Positions 50,285 through 60,097 are shown, counted from the whole stretch's first letter. The stretch is DNA of 60,475 nucleotides, filler included, from Sphingomonadaceae bacterium (GCA_050261575.1; 3 parts of 3 records of this genome joined end to end with filler, not necessarily neighbours in it); one strand, 5' to 3'. Translations and numbers: made by a program. Notes: generated by a model not told the origin, from the sequence alone.

Positions 50285-50347
50285 TGTTACAGCTTCGTAA
50301 CAAGGGGGGTCGCTCTGCTTGACCCCCCTATATGGGGATGCTAGCAT
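50285..50347 (+). promoter_or_regulatory. Promoter of the OFOR operon with upstream palindrome
   Basis: TGTTAC-N6-GTAACA at 50285-50302; TTGACC-17 nt-TAGCAT with extended TG at 50319-50347. Confidence 0.55.
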
Positions 50348-50400
50348 GGCGGCGCAAGGAAGCGGCCGCTCCCGGATTGCACGGCAAGAAAGGATCGCTG

Positions 50401-50634
50401 ATGATCGAAACAGATCCTCCTTCCAACCCGACCGCTCGACAGGGAAACTGGGTGGAGATCAACCTACAGTGGTGTAAGTCGTGTTCCATCTGCGTGGCCT
50501 TCTGTCCTACCAAGGCACTCACGTCCGACGATGTTGGCACCCCCCACCTGAGTTCTCCGGAGAAGTGCACCGGCTGCGGGCTGTGCGAGTTGATGTGCCC
50601 TGACTTTGCCATCGAGGTGTTCAAGAACCGATGA
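50401..50634 (+). CDS. 2-oxoacid:ferredoxin oxidoreductase delta (ferredoxin) subunit
   Basis: CKSCSICVAFCP, CTGCGLCELMCPDFAI. Confidence 0.92.
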   Translation: MIETDPPSNPTARQGNWVEINLQWCKSCSICVAFCPTKALTSDDVGTPHLSSPEKCTGCGLCELMCPDFAIEVFKNR

Positions 50635-51785
50635 CCGACGAGAGACGAAAGCCGATCCTGCTGCAGGGTAACGAGGCCATTGCCGAGGGGGCAATTGCGG
50701 CCGGCATGCGGTTCTTCGCTGGTTATCCGATCAGCCCCTCGTCGGAAGTCGCCGAGACCCTCGCCCGCAGATTGCCCCAGGTGGGAGGCACTTTCATCCA
50801 GATGGAGGACGAGATCGCCAGCATCTCCGCGGTGATTGGCGCCTCCATCGCTGGTGTCAAGTCCATGACGGCCACGAGCGGACCCGGCTTCTCTCTGATG
50901 CAGGAGGGCATCGGGTTCGCCGCGATGGCGGAGACGCCTTGCGTCATCGCCAACGTCCAGCGTATGGGACCCAGCAGCGGGTACGCGACGGCCCCCGCAC
51001 AGGGGGACGTGATGCAGGCCCGTTACGGGACTCACGGTCCCCATTCCATCATCGCCCTCGCCCCATCCTCGGTCATGGAATGCTTTGACGTGACGGTCAA
51101 AGCATTCAGTCTTTCGGAGGCCTATCGCACGCCGGTGATTATCCTTGCCGACGCGGTGGTGGGCCACCTGCGTGAGGTAGTTACCCTGCCTCTGCCCGAG
51201 GAGATCGAGGTGGTCAACAGGCGGAAGCCTGCAGGCCCTCCCGGCTCGGTGAGACCGTTCGAGACCGACCGGCCCGATGGGGTGCCGGCGATCCCCGATT
51301 TCGGGACGGGATACCGATACCACATAACCGGTCTCTTCCACGACGAGACGGGCTTCCCCAGCACCAATCCCGCCAAGCTCCAGTGGACCTCGGAGCGGCT
51401 GGTGAGGAAGGTGGAGGATCACCTGGAGGAGATCACCCAGGTAGAGTACCTCTACATGGACGACGCGGAGATCGCGGTGGTCTCCTACGGTTGTTCCGGT
51501 CGATCGGCTCGCGCGGCAGTGAAGGCTGCTCGATCCCGGGGGATCAAGGTGGGTCTGGTCCGGCTCATCACCATCTGGCCATTCCCCAATCACGTGATCG
51601 AGGCGGTGGCGGAGAGGGCTCCTCGGATGGTGGTGGCGGAGATGAACCTGGGCGATGTGGCCGGCGAGATCCGGCGAGTCACTCAGAACGGCGTGAAGAT
51701 AGCTCAGGCCAATCGCCACGACGGGTCGCTCCTCACCGTCGGCCAGGTGCTGGCCGGGATCGAGGGGGTGATGCAGCATGCCTAA
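50631..51785 (+). CDS. 2-oxoacid:ferredoxin oxidoreductase alpha subunit (KorA-like)
   Basis: GNEAIAEGA, GYPISPSSE, QMEDEI, ATSGPGFSLMQE. Confidence 0.95.
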   Translation: MTDERRKPILLQGNEAIAEGAIAAGMRFFAGYPISPSSEVAETLARRLPQVGGTFIQMEDEIASISAVIGASIAGVKSMTATSGPGFSLMQEGIGFAAMAETPCVIANVQRMGPSSGYATAPAQGDVMQARYGTHGPHSIIALAPSSVMECFDVTVKAFSLSEAYRTPVIILADAVVGHLREVVTLPLPEEIEVVNRRKPAGPPGSVRPFETDRPDGVPAIPDFGTGYRYHITGLFHDETGFPSTNPAKLQWTSERLVRKVEDHLEEITQVEYLYMDDAEIAVVSYGCSGRSARAAVKAARSRGIKVGLVRLITIWPFPNHVIEAVAERAPRMVVAEMNLGDVAGEIRRVTQNGVKIAQANRHDGSLLTVGQVLAGIEGVMQHA

Positions 51786-52608
51786 CGCGCTGGTGAAGAA
51801 GTACTTGAGATACAACCGGCTGCCCCACATTTGGTGTCCCGGGTGCGGCATCGGCCAGATCGTGAACGGTCTTGTGCGGGCGGTCGACAAGGTGGGGCTC
51901 GACCAGGACCGGACGGTGGTGGTCTCCGGCATCGGCTGCTCCAGTCGGGCCACCGGCTACTTGAACTTCGACACCCTTCACACCACCCACGGTCGAGCGC
52001 TGGCGTTCGCCACCGGCATCAAGCTGGCGAAGCCTGAGCTTAACGTGATAGTGATCATGGGAGACGGGGACTGCGCGGCGATAGGCGGGAACCACTTCAT
52101 CCACGCCGCACGGCGCAACATAGACGTGACCGCCGTCGTGATCAACAACCAGATCTACGGCATGACGGGAGGCCAGTACTCCCCCACTACCCCAGTGGAG
52201 GCGATGGCCACGACCGCACCCTACGGAGACGCGGAGCCGGGGTTCGACCTGTGCGGGGTGGCCCAAGCGGCGGGGGCTACCTTCGTCGGCCGGGTGGCGC
52301 CTGTGAGGATGCCGGAGTTGATCAACACGCTCACCAAGGCCCTCCAGCACACCGGCTTCTCCTTCGTGGAGGCGGTGAGCCAGTGCCCCATCTACTTCGG
52401 GCGGATGAACCGCCAGGGTGGGCCTGTGCAGATGCTGATGAAGCAGAAGGAGATCACGGTGCCGACGAGGACGGCGCAGCAGAAAACCGAGGAGGCAGAG
52501 GGCAAGCTTCTGACCGGCGTTCTCTACGAGAGCGAGCGGCCGGCTTACGAGAAGCTGTACAGCCAGGTGCGGCTGAAGGCCTCCTGGAAGGCAGGTGAGC
52601 ATGTCTAG
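51778..52608 (+). CDS. 2-oxoacid:ferredoxin oxidoreductase beta subunit (KorB-like)
   Basis: WCPGCG, SGIGCS, GDGD..AIGGNH, YGMTGGQ. Confidence 0.95.
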   Translation: MPNALVKKYLRYNRLPHIWCPGCGIGQIVNGLVRAVDKVGLDQDRTVVVSGIGCSSRATGYLNFDTLHTTHGRALAFATGIKLAKPELNVIVIMGDGDCAAIGGNHFIHAARRNIDVTAVVINNQIYGMTGGQYSPTTPVEAMATTAPYGDAEPGFDLCGVAQAAGATFVGRVAPVRMPELINTLTKALQHTGFSFVEAVSQCPIYFGRMNRQGGPVQMLMKQKEITVPTRTAQQKTEEAEGKLLTGVLYESERPAYEKLYSQVRLKASWKAGEHV

Positions 52609-53158
52609 GACCCTCGAAGTCTCGATGGGGGGATCGGGCGGCCAGGGTCTCGTGCTGATGGGGCTGATCCTGGCGGAGGCGGCCGGTATCTACGAGGGGC
52701 GGAAGGTGGTAGGCAGCCAACTGTACGGCCCCGAGTCCCGCGGAGGAGCCTCCCGATCCGACGTGATAATCAGCGACGAGGAGATCGACTACCCCGAGGT
52801 GGAGCACCCCGACATCCTCTTCGCCTTCAACCAGGTCTCGGCGAACAAGTACGCGCCGCATCTGAAGCCCGGCGGGACGGTGGTGTTCGACAGCACCTTC
52901 GTGACGGAGCCGCCGAAGGTGGACGGGACGGTGTACGAGTTGCCGATCACCAAGTTGGCGCGAGAGAAGGTGGGCCGTGAGATCGTGGCGAACATAGTGG
53001 CCATCGGGGCCCTGGTGACCCTCACGGGCCTCGTCTCTCGGGAAGCCCTGACCAAGGCGGTGCTCGGCCGGGTGCCGAAGGGCACGGAGGCGATCAACCA
53101 GCAGGCGTTGCAGGTGGGTTTCGAGGCCGGGGAGGAGCTGCTGCGGGCATCCTCCTGA
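52601..53158 (+). CDS. 2-oxoacid:ferredoxin oxidoreductase gamma subunit
   Basis: GSGGQG, YGPESRGG, NIVAIGA. Confidence 0.94.
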   Translation: MSRTLEVSMGGSGGQGLVLMGLILAEAAGIYEGRKVVGSQLYGPESRGGASRSDVIISDEEIDYPEVEHPDILFAFNQVSANKYAPHLKPGGTVVFDSTFVTEPPKVDGTVYELPITKLAREKVGREIVANIVAIGALVTLTGLVSREALTKAVLGRVPKGTEAINQQALQVGFEAGEELLRASS

Positions 53159-53174
53159 TGCCGGGCAGGTATCT

Positions 53175-53304
53175 CTAACCGGGTATCTCTAGTCCATGTC
53201 GACTTCTCTCGCGGGAAACGTGCGCTCTAGCTCGGGATACCTGCTCAGATAGAGTACGCGTCTCCCGCTGCAGAAGCTGACACACAGCAGAGATACCAGC
53301 TCGG
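53175..53304. repeat. ~74-bp element: forward copy (53175-53248) fused to a reverse copy (53246-53304)
   Basis: CTAACCGGGTATCTCTAGTCCATGTCGACTTCTCTCGCGGGAAACG... followed by GATAGAGTACGCGTCTCCCGC...GAGATACCAGCT. Confidence 0.8.
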
Positions 53305-53482
53305 AACCGCCAGATCGGCCGTGCGCCGAGATACACCTGGGGTGACGGGCGAGCTTGCACCCAGCGAATCCGCGGAACCGACGCCGGCGTCGTTATCGAC
53401 GCCGGCTTTTCGCTTGGCGGTTTGGGCGTTTCTGGTAACATGGAGGTCGGTGACGATTGAGACTCTGTAAGGGGGAGTCGAG

Positions 53483-54613
53483 GTGAAGCTGTACGAGTTC
53501 CAGGCGAAGAAGGTCTTTGCCCAGGGGGGGATCCCTGTGCCCCGGGGCGAGGTGGTTCAGAGCCCAGAGGCGGCAGCCGACGTGGCCAGGCAGTTGGGCC
53601 GGGTCGTCGTCAAGGCCCAGGTCCACGTGGGTGGCCGCGGGAAGGCTGGCGGGATCAAGCTGGCCGGCAGCCCCGAGGAGGCTCGGCAGTACGCCGAGGG
53701 GATGCTGGGCAAGCCGCTGAAGGGGTTCACCGTCAATTACGCCCTGGTGGAGGAGGCGCTGGACATCGCCGCCGAGTACTACCTGGGGATCACGGTGGAC
53801 CGGAACGCGGAGAGGGCGATCATCATGCTGAGCCGGATGGGCGGGGTGGACATCGAGGAGGTGGCCGCTACGCAGCCCGGGGCGATCGCCCGGCTGCACG
53901 TGGACCCCGCCTGGGGGCTGTGGGACTTCCAGTTGAGGGATCTGGTGGAGCGGGCCAACCTGGACAAGCGGGCGTCCCGCGACATAGTGGGGGTGATCCG
54001 GAAGCTGTACGACGTTTTCCGGAGTTCGGATGCCTCCCTGGCGGAGATCAACCCCCTCGTCGTGACGGGTGAGGTGAAGGTTATCGCCGCAGACGGCAAG
54101 TTCGACGTGGACGACAACGCCCTCTTCCGGCAGAAGGAGCTGCTGAAGTACCGCGAGGTCTCCGAGGCCGACCCGATCGAGGCCGAGGCCGCGAGGCTGG
54201 GTGTGGCCTACGTGCGGCTGGATGGGGACATCGGCGTGATCGGCAACGGCGCGGGGCTGGTGATGACCACCCTGGACATCTTGAGCCGCAACGGCGGTAA
54301 GGCCGCCAACTTCTGCGACCTGGGCGGAGGCGCCAAGGCCGAGACGGTGCGCCAGGACCTGCAGTTGGTGCTGATGAACCCCAACGTGAAGGGTGTCCTC
54401 TTCAACATCTTCGGCGGCATCGTGCGGTGCGACGAGGTGGCGAAGGGGATCATCGAGGCCACCAAGAGCATGGATATCAAGGTGCCGATCGTGATCCGGA
54501 TGGCGGGCACGCGGGCCGCCGAGGGTCGTGAGATGCTGAAGGGCACCAACCTGATCCCAGCCGCCACGGCCCAGGAGGCCGCAAGGAAGATCATCGAGTT
54601 GGTGAGGAGCTGA
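53483..54613 (+). CDS. sucC: Succinyl-CoA ligase beta subunit
   Basis: KLYEFQAK, KAQVHVGGRGKAGG, EINPL, GNGAGL, NIFGGIVRCD. Confidence 0.96.
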   Translation: MKLYEFQAKKVFAQGGIPVPRGEVVQSPEAAADVARQLGRVVVKAQVHVGGRGKAGGIKLAGSPEEARQYAEGMLGKPLKGFTVNYALVEEALDIAAEYYLGITVDRNAERAIIMLSRMGGVDIEEVAATQPGAIARLHVDPAWGLWDFQLRDLVERANLDKRASRDIVGVIRKLYDVFRSSDASLAEINPLVVTGEVKVIAADGKFDVDDNALFRQKELLKYREVSEADPIEAEAARLGVAYVRLDGDIGVIGNGAGLVMTTLDILSRNGGKAANFCDLGGGAKAETVRQDLQLVLMNPNVKGVLFNIFGGIVRCDEVAKGIIEATKSMDIKVPIVIRMAGTRAAEGREMLKGTNLIPAATAQEAARKIIELVRS

Positions 54614-54707
54614 GGGAGTCCAGAGGGGCGCTAGCCCTTCTGGCGGGGTTTGGGGTATCCCCAAACTACCTCCACAACATCGAATAGCCGCCAGCGGAGG
54701 ATAGCCG

Positions 54708-55580
54708 ATGTCGATACTCGTGAACAAGGACACGCGGGTGGTGGTGCAGGGCATCACCGGTCGCGAGGGCGCCTTTCACGCCGATAAGATGCTGGAGTAC
54801 GGGACCAGGGTGGTGGCTGGGGTGACCCCCGGCAAGGGCGGGACGGAGCAAAACGGGGTGCCCGTCTTCGACAGCGTGGCCGAGGCGGTCCAGAGGGCGG
54901 GGGCCAACACCTCCATCATCTTCGTCCCTGCCCCGTTTGCGGCCGACGCCATCGCCGAGGCGGCGGACGCCGGGATCGGCCTGGTGGTGTGCATCACCGA
55001 CGGCATCCCCACCCAGGACATGATCAAGGTGGTCAACTACATCAGGCCGAAGGGGACCCGGCTGATCGGCCCCAACTGCCCCGGCCTCATCAGCCCCGGC
55101 GAGTCCAAGGTGGGGATCATGCCCGCCGAGGTGTATCGCGAGGGACCTATTGGGGTTATCTCGCGCAGCGGGACCCTGACCTACGAGACCTGCGACCACA
55201 TCACTAACATGGGGATGGGTGTATCCACCTGCATCGGGATCGGGGGCGACCCCATCATCGGGACCCGCTTCATCGACGCCCTGAAGCTGTTCAGGGAGGA
55301 CGCCGAGACGAAGGTGGTGATCCTGATCGGGGAGATCGGCGGCTCCGACGAGGAGACTGCGGCAGCCTACATCAAGGAGACCAACTACCCGAAGCCGGTT
55401 GTGGCCTTCATCTCCGGCCGGTCGGCGCCTCCCGGCAAGCGGATGGGCCACGCCGGAGCGATCATCTCCGGCGGCACCGGCACCCCCCAGGCGAAGGTGA
55501 AGGCGTTCGAGGAGGCCGGCGTGCCCGTGGGCGACACCCTTGAGGACGTGGTCCGCCTGGCCAAGGCGCGGCTGGGCTAA
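54708..55580 (+). CDS. sucD: Succinyl-CoA ligase alpha subunit
   Basis: [30 protein letters not shown]. Confidence 0.97.
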   Translation: MSILVNKDTRVVVQGITGREGAFHADKMLEYGTRVVAGVTPGKGGTEQNGVPVFDSVAEAVQRAGANTSIIFVPAPFAADAIAEAADAGIGLVVCITDGIPTQDMIKVVNYIRPKGTRLIGPNCPGLISPGESKVGIMPAEVYREGPIGVISRSGTLTYETCDHITNMGMGVSTCIGIGGDPIIGTRFIDALKLFREDAETKVVILIGEIGGSDEETAAAYIKETNYPKPVVAFISGRSAPPGKRMGHAGAIISGGTGTPQAKVKAFEEAGVPVGDTLEDVVRLAKARLG

Positions 55581-55587
55581 CCCTTCT

Positions 55588-55680
55588 CCCTCTCCCTCTC
55601 CCTCTGGGAGAGGGTTGGGGTGGGGGCTCGTACGCCAGCGCCTACCTCCCTCTCCCTCTGGGAGAGGGTCGGGGTGAGGG
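55588..55680. repeat. Tandem CCCTCTCCC/GGGAGAGGG palindromic repeats
   Basis: Two copies of CCCTCTCCCTCTGGGAGAGGGT(T/C)GGGGTG. Confidence 0.75.
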
Positions 55681-55695
55681 CGACAGAAACCCTGA

Positions 55696-55734
55696 AACGA
55701 GCGAGCCGACAGCTTTGCCGGCTCGCTCGTTTCT
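55696..55734 (+). terminator. Intrinsic terminator after sucCD
   Basis: ACGAGCGAGCCG-N-CGGCTCGCTCGT followed by TTCT. Confidence 0.6.
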
Positions 55735-55973
55735 ATAGGAGCCGGCTCCCGCCGGCGATCTGCCCGCTTCCCCGCCTCGCTCCGGCATCTTGCCCCGTGC
55801 CGTTGACGTCTGCACTACCCGTTGGCATTACGGGCAGCGGGACACTAGCCCCTGCCCTACAGCTGACGGGCTAGCCCGCGATCCTCTGCTCTACCCCACG
55901 GCGCAACTCGTTATTGACTCTTGATCAGTCTTTATGTAGATGGTACAAAGCTCATCAATAGGGGGTGGAGGTG

Positions 55974-56082
55974 GTGGGTAGAGAGATCGTGACTCAGACA
56001 GTTCCGGCCGCCGAGGCCCGACAGAGGCTCGGCCAGCTCATGAGGCAGGTGTACAACCGCCAGTCCTGCGTCATCGTGGAGA
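55974..56082 (+). CDS. Phd/YefM-type antitoxin, 3'-truncated by the gap
   Basis: VTQTVPAAEARQRLGQLMRQVYNRQSCVIVE (absent from the ORF track). Confidence 0.65.
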
Positions 56083-56182
56083 NNNNNNNNNNNNNNNNNN
56101 NNNNNNNNNNNNNNNNNNNNNNNNNNTTAATTAATTAANNNNNNNNNNNNNNNNNNNNNNNNNNNNNNNNNNNNNNNNNNNN
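56083..56182. other. Artificial contig spacer
   Basis: N run with central TTAATTAATTAA. Confidence 0.97.
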
Positions 56183-56184
56183 CA

Positions 56185-58338
56185 GACCCCGGCGACCCGA
56201 ACGTCCTGTTCGCCGGCACCAACGGCCAGGGGGTCTTCCGCTCGGTCAACGGCGGTCAGAACTGGGTGCAGGTCAACACCGGCCTGGCCAACCTCTTCGT
56301 CAACGACATTCTGATCGATCCCACCAACACTAACAACGTCCTCGCCGCGACGGGCAGGGGCTCCGCCGTCGGCGAGACCACCGCGGGCGTCTACCGCAGC
56401 ACGGACCGGGGGGTTAGCTGGACCCGCGTGCTGGACGCGGGGACCATCTGGGCCCTGGCCGTCACACCCCAAAACCCCAGCATCGTCTACGCCGCGGGAG
56501 GTCCCCCAGTCTTCAAGTCGACCGACGGCGGCGCCACCTGGAGTCCCTCCTTCGTTGCGGGCACGGACATCGTCAACGTGGAGCTGCGAGGCATCACAGT
56601 CAGCCCGGCCGACCCCAACGTCGTCCTCACGGCGGGAAACACCGAGGGCGGCGACGGCCAGGTCTTCCGCAGCACAAATGCGGGCGCATCCTGGGACCGG
56701 GTGCTGGCGGGGCAGGCGGCGATCCTCGACATCAGGTTCGTCGCGGACCTGCGGGCAGGGGTAATCGCCTTCTTCGGCAACCTCGTGGGCGTTTTCCGCA
56801 GCACGGATTCCGGCCTCAACTGGCAGCAGGTGACGGGCGGACTCGGAAACATCGAGGTGCGGCGGATCGAGCCGAACCCGCTGGACGGCAACGAGGTGGC
56901 CGCGGGGACGGGCGCGGGAGTCATCCGCAGCACGAACGCGGGGATCAGCTTCAGCCAGCTCGACACCAGCCTCGCGAACCTCAGCACCCGGGATGTGACC
57001 TACAATCGGGCGACCCCACAGACCCTCTTCGCCGGCACCGACGACGGGGCGTGGGCCTTCACCTTCGCCCAGCCCGCGCCGACGCCGACACCAACCCCGA
57101 GCCCCGCCGCCGCCACCTGGTTCTTCGCCGAGGGCTCTACCCAGCCTCCATTCGACACCTGGTTCCTGGTGCAGAACCCCACGGGCAACGCCGCGTCGGT
57201 TCGCTTCACCTTCCAGGTGGAGGGCGGCGGCATCCAGACTCGCGACTTCTCCGTGGGACCCAACACCCGCTTCAGCCTGTTCGTCAACCAGATCCTGCCC
57301 AACGTGGCCTTCTCCACCAGGGTGGAGGCCGACCAGCAGATCTTCGTCGAACGATCTATGTTCGTCGGCTTCGACGGGAGCGTGATCACCGGTATCCCCG
57401 CACCCAACCGGAGCTGGCTTTTCTCCGAGGGGGCGACGGTGGAGCCGTTCCACACCTGGGTGCTGATCCAGAACCCGAACAACGTGCCAGCAAACACCAC
57501 CGTCACCTACCTGCTGCGAGACCGGCCGCCGGTGGTCCAAGCTCTTGGGCCCCTGGCGCCCAACTCGCGCACCAGCATCTTCGTGAACCAGGTGCTGCCC
57601 AACGAGGAGTTCGGCATACGAGTGGATAGCGACCAGCCCGTGATCGCGGAGGAGTCTACCTTCCGCTTCCCGGGCAACGCCGCGACCGCCACGGAAGGGT
57701 CGACCGCTCCCAGTCGCACCTGGTTCTTCGCCGAGGGCTCCTCGCTCCAGGCGCCGCTGCCCACCGATACCTTCATGCTGCTGCAGAACCCGCAACAGGT
57801 GGCAACCACGGTCACCATGACCCTGTTCGGCACCCAGGGGCAGCAAGCCTCCCTCCAGATAGCGATGCCACCCAACAGCCGCAGGACGATCTTCCTGAAC
57901 CAGGTGCTCCCGAACGCGTCCTTCGGCGTTCGGGTGGAGTCGACCGAGCCGATCGTGGCGGAGCGGTCCCAATCCTTCGGCGTCGAGCCGCGCGGACTGA
58001 CGGCGAGCCTGGGTGCGGTAGCGCTGGCGACCCAGTGGAACCTGCCGGAGGGCTCGACCCAGATGCCCTTCTCCACCACCATCGCCATCCTCAACCCCAA
58101 CAGCACTGCGCTGAGCGCTCGGCTGGACTTCCAACTGGAGAACGGGCAGGTGGTGACTCGAGAGTTCGCGGTCAGCGCCAACGCCAAGCTCTCCGTGAAC
58201 GTGAACGACCTGCTGCCCAACAACGCCTTCTCGACGAGGGTGACGACCAGCCTGCCCAGCGCGGTGGAGCGGACGATGTTCCTGAACAAGCTGGGATCCA
58301 TCGGCGTGACGAACGCCGTGGGCATAGCGCAGCAGTAG
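56185..58338 (+). CDS. 5'-partial surface protein: Asp-box/BNR beta-propeller, PT linker and WFFAEG (DUF5719-like) repeats
   Basis: Repeated (F/Y)(R/K)STDxGxxW Asp-boxes; APTPTPTPSP linker; four ~100-aa modules starting WFFAEGST/WLFSEG/WNLPEG; frame open back to the gap. Confidence 0.88.
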   Translation, partial: DPGDPNVLFAGTNGQGVFRSVNGGQNWVQVNTGLANLFVNDILIDPTNTNNVLAATGRGSAVGETTAGVYRSTDRGVSWTRVLDAGTIWALAVTPQNPSIVYAAGGPPVFKSTDGGATWSPSFVAGTDIVNVELRGITVSPADPNVVLTAGNTEGGDGQVFRSTNAGASWDRVLAGQAAILDIRFVADLRAGVIAFFGNLVGVFRSTDSGLNWQQVTGGLGNIEVRRIEPNPLDGNEVAAGTGAGVIRSTNAGISFSQLDTSLANLSTRDVTYNRATPQTLFAGTDDGAWAFTFAQPAPTPTPTPSPAAATWFFAEGSTQPPFDTWFLVQNPTGNAASVRFTFQVEGGGIQTRDFSVGPNTRFSLFVNQILPNVAFSTRVEADQQIFVERSMFVGFDGSVITGIPAPNRSWLFSEGATVEPFHTWVLIQNPNNVPANTTVTYLLRDRPPVVQALGPLAPNSRTSIFVNQVLPNEEFGIRVDSDQPVIAEESTFRFPGNAATATEGSTAPSRTWFFAEGSSLQAPLPTDTFMLLQNPQQVATTVTMTLFGTQGQQASLQIAMPPNSRRTIFLNQVLPNASFGVRVESTEPIVAERSQSFGVEPRGLTASLGAVALATQWNLPEGSTQMPFSTTIAILNPNSTALSARLDFQLENGQVVTREFAVSANAKLSVNVNDLLPNNAFSTRVTTSLPSAVERTMFLNKLGSIGVTNAVGIAQQ

Positions 58339-58645
58339 AGACGATGAGACAGGGGGCAGGGGCACGTCCCCTGCCCCGGCCCGAGCCGATGCCGTCGGGC
58401 TGCAGCGAGTGAATTCAGGAACCACTTTGCGCAGTACGCAGAGACGGCATCCAAACCCGCAGCCGGATCGCACGTCCGGCTCTGATCGCACGGATAACAG
58501 CGAGCCGCCTCGCCGGACAGACCGGCAGGCATTGCGAGCGGCTCTTCTCATCGCTCATCACTCGTTACTCAATGCCCGTCACTTCTGCTACAATCCCACC
58601 ACCGCCCACGCTTGCCGGCCCCCATCCCATTCACCGAGAAGGACG

Positions 58646-60097
58646 ATGCACGGAGATCTGCAGGAGCTGCTGAGGCTGCCAGAGGGCCAACTCCTGGCCC
58701 GCAAGAGCGCCCGCATAAGTGCTAGAGACCTCGCCAACCTGCTGATCGGCTTCGCGAACGCCGACGGCGGCACCCTGTTGCTTGGGGTGGAGGAAGGCGC
58801 CGTGGAGGGCTTCCTGCAGTACGAGGGGAAGGCGGATACGCTGCTGCCCTCGGCCATCGCCCTCTGCAACCCGCCGATACGGGTCCGCCCCCGCTGGATC
58901 CCTTGCACCAACCGCCGAGGGCTGAAGGACCGAGTCCTGGCGGTGGAGATCCAGCCGGGGGAGAGGATCCACTCCAACACCCGGGACGAGGTGTACCTGC
59001 GCGAGGGGAATCGGACCCGCAAACTGGACTTCGAGGAGCGGCTGCAGCTACTGTACGACCGAGGGGAGGCATCCTACGAACTGACGGAGGTGCCCCAGGC
59101 CGGCCTGGAAGACCTGGATCTGGAACTGCTGCGCGAGTACGCCGGACGGCTTGGGACCAACCTGGAGCCGGAGGAGCTGCTGGTTGCCCGGGGCCTGGCG
59201 CGTCGGGTCGACGGGGAGCTGCGGCTCAACTGCGCCGGGGTGCTGCTCTTCGTCGAGAACCCCGCCGCCTTCCTGTCCAGGCCGGGATTGCGCATCCTGC
59301 GGTACGACGGCATATCCACCGAGACGGGCCCTCGCATGAACCTGGTGAAGGACACGATCCTGGAGCTGCCCCTCCCAACCCTGATCCTGGAGGCTCAGCG
59401 GATCGTCTCCGCCCAGTTGCGGGACTTCACCCGCCTGGGCCCCAAGGGGCTGTTCGAGACGGTGCCGGAGTACCCCCCATTCGCCTGGCAGGAGGCCATC
59501 GTCAACGCCGTCTGCCATCGGGCCTACTCCATCACGGGCAGCCAGATCGAGGTGCGGCTGTTCGACGATCGGATGGAGGTGGAGAGCCCGGGTCGTCTGC
59601 CCGGCCTCGTGCGGCTGGGCAACCTCCGCCAGGCCCACTTCTCCCGGAACCCCCGCGTCGCCCGGGTGCTCACCGAGTTCGGCTTCGTGCGGGAGCTGGG
59701 CGAGGGCGTGGACCGGATGATCGAGGAGATGTCGTCCTTCGGCCTGGAGGAGCCCCGTTTCGAGGAGCGCGGCTACTCGGTGGTGGTGACCCTGCGCAAC
59801 GGAGCCGCTGCTCGGGAGGCGACCCAGACCCAGCCGAGACAGCGCGCCGCCCCGCCGTCGCCGCAGCCCCAGCAGCCGCACGTGCGGCTGAACGAGCGGC
59901 AGAAGAAGGCGCTGGAGTACATGAAGATGACCGGGGAGATCACCACCCAGCAGTACGTGGAGTTGAATCCGGACATCGACGTCCGCACCGCGCGCCGCGA
60001 CCTGGCGCAACTGGTGGATACCGGTCACCTTATCAGCCTGGGCAGCACCAAGAGCCGCTGCTACCTGCTGCGAGATTTCGAGCAGCCCAAGGGCTGA
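58646..60097 (+). CDS. AlbA_2 (Schlafen) + HATPase_c_4 + wHTH protein
   Basis: GFANADGGTLLLGV, EAIVNAVCHRAY, ESPG, SRNP, ELGEGV, C-terminal TARRDL HTH. Confidence 0.9.
   Translation: MHGDLQELLRLPEGQLLARKSARISARDLANLLIGFANADGGTLLLGVEEGAVEGFLQYEGKADTLLPSAIALCNPPIRVRPRWIPCTNRRGLKDRVLAVEIQPGERIHSNTRDEVYLREGNRTRKLDFEERLQLLYDRGEASYELTEVPQAGLEDLDLELLREYAGRLGTNLEPEELLVARGLARRVDGELRLNCAGVLLFVENPAAFLSRPGLRILRYDGISTETGPRMNLVKDTILELPLPTLILEAQRIVSAQLRDFTRLGPKGLFETVPEYPPFAWQEAIVNAVCHRAYSITGSQIEVRLFDDRMEVESPGRLPGLVRLGNLRQAHFSRNPRVARVLTEFGFVRELGEGVDRMIEEMSSFGLEEPRFEERGYSVVVTLRNGAAAREATQTQPRQRAAPPSPQPQQPHVRLNERQKKALEYMKMTGEITTQQYVELNPDIDVRTARRDLAQLVDTGHLISLGSTKSRCYLLRDFEQPKG

Noticed and set aside
6511..53304. 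CRISPR array interpretation of the recurring repeat
   Set aside because: Copies are dispersed with a conserved interior. There is no repeat-spacer periodicity and no cas genes.
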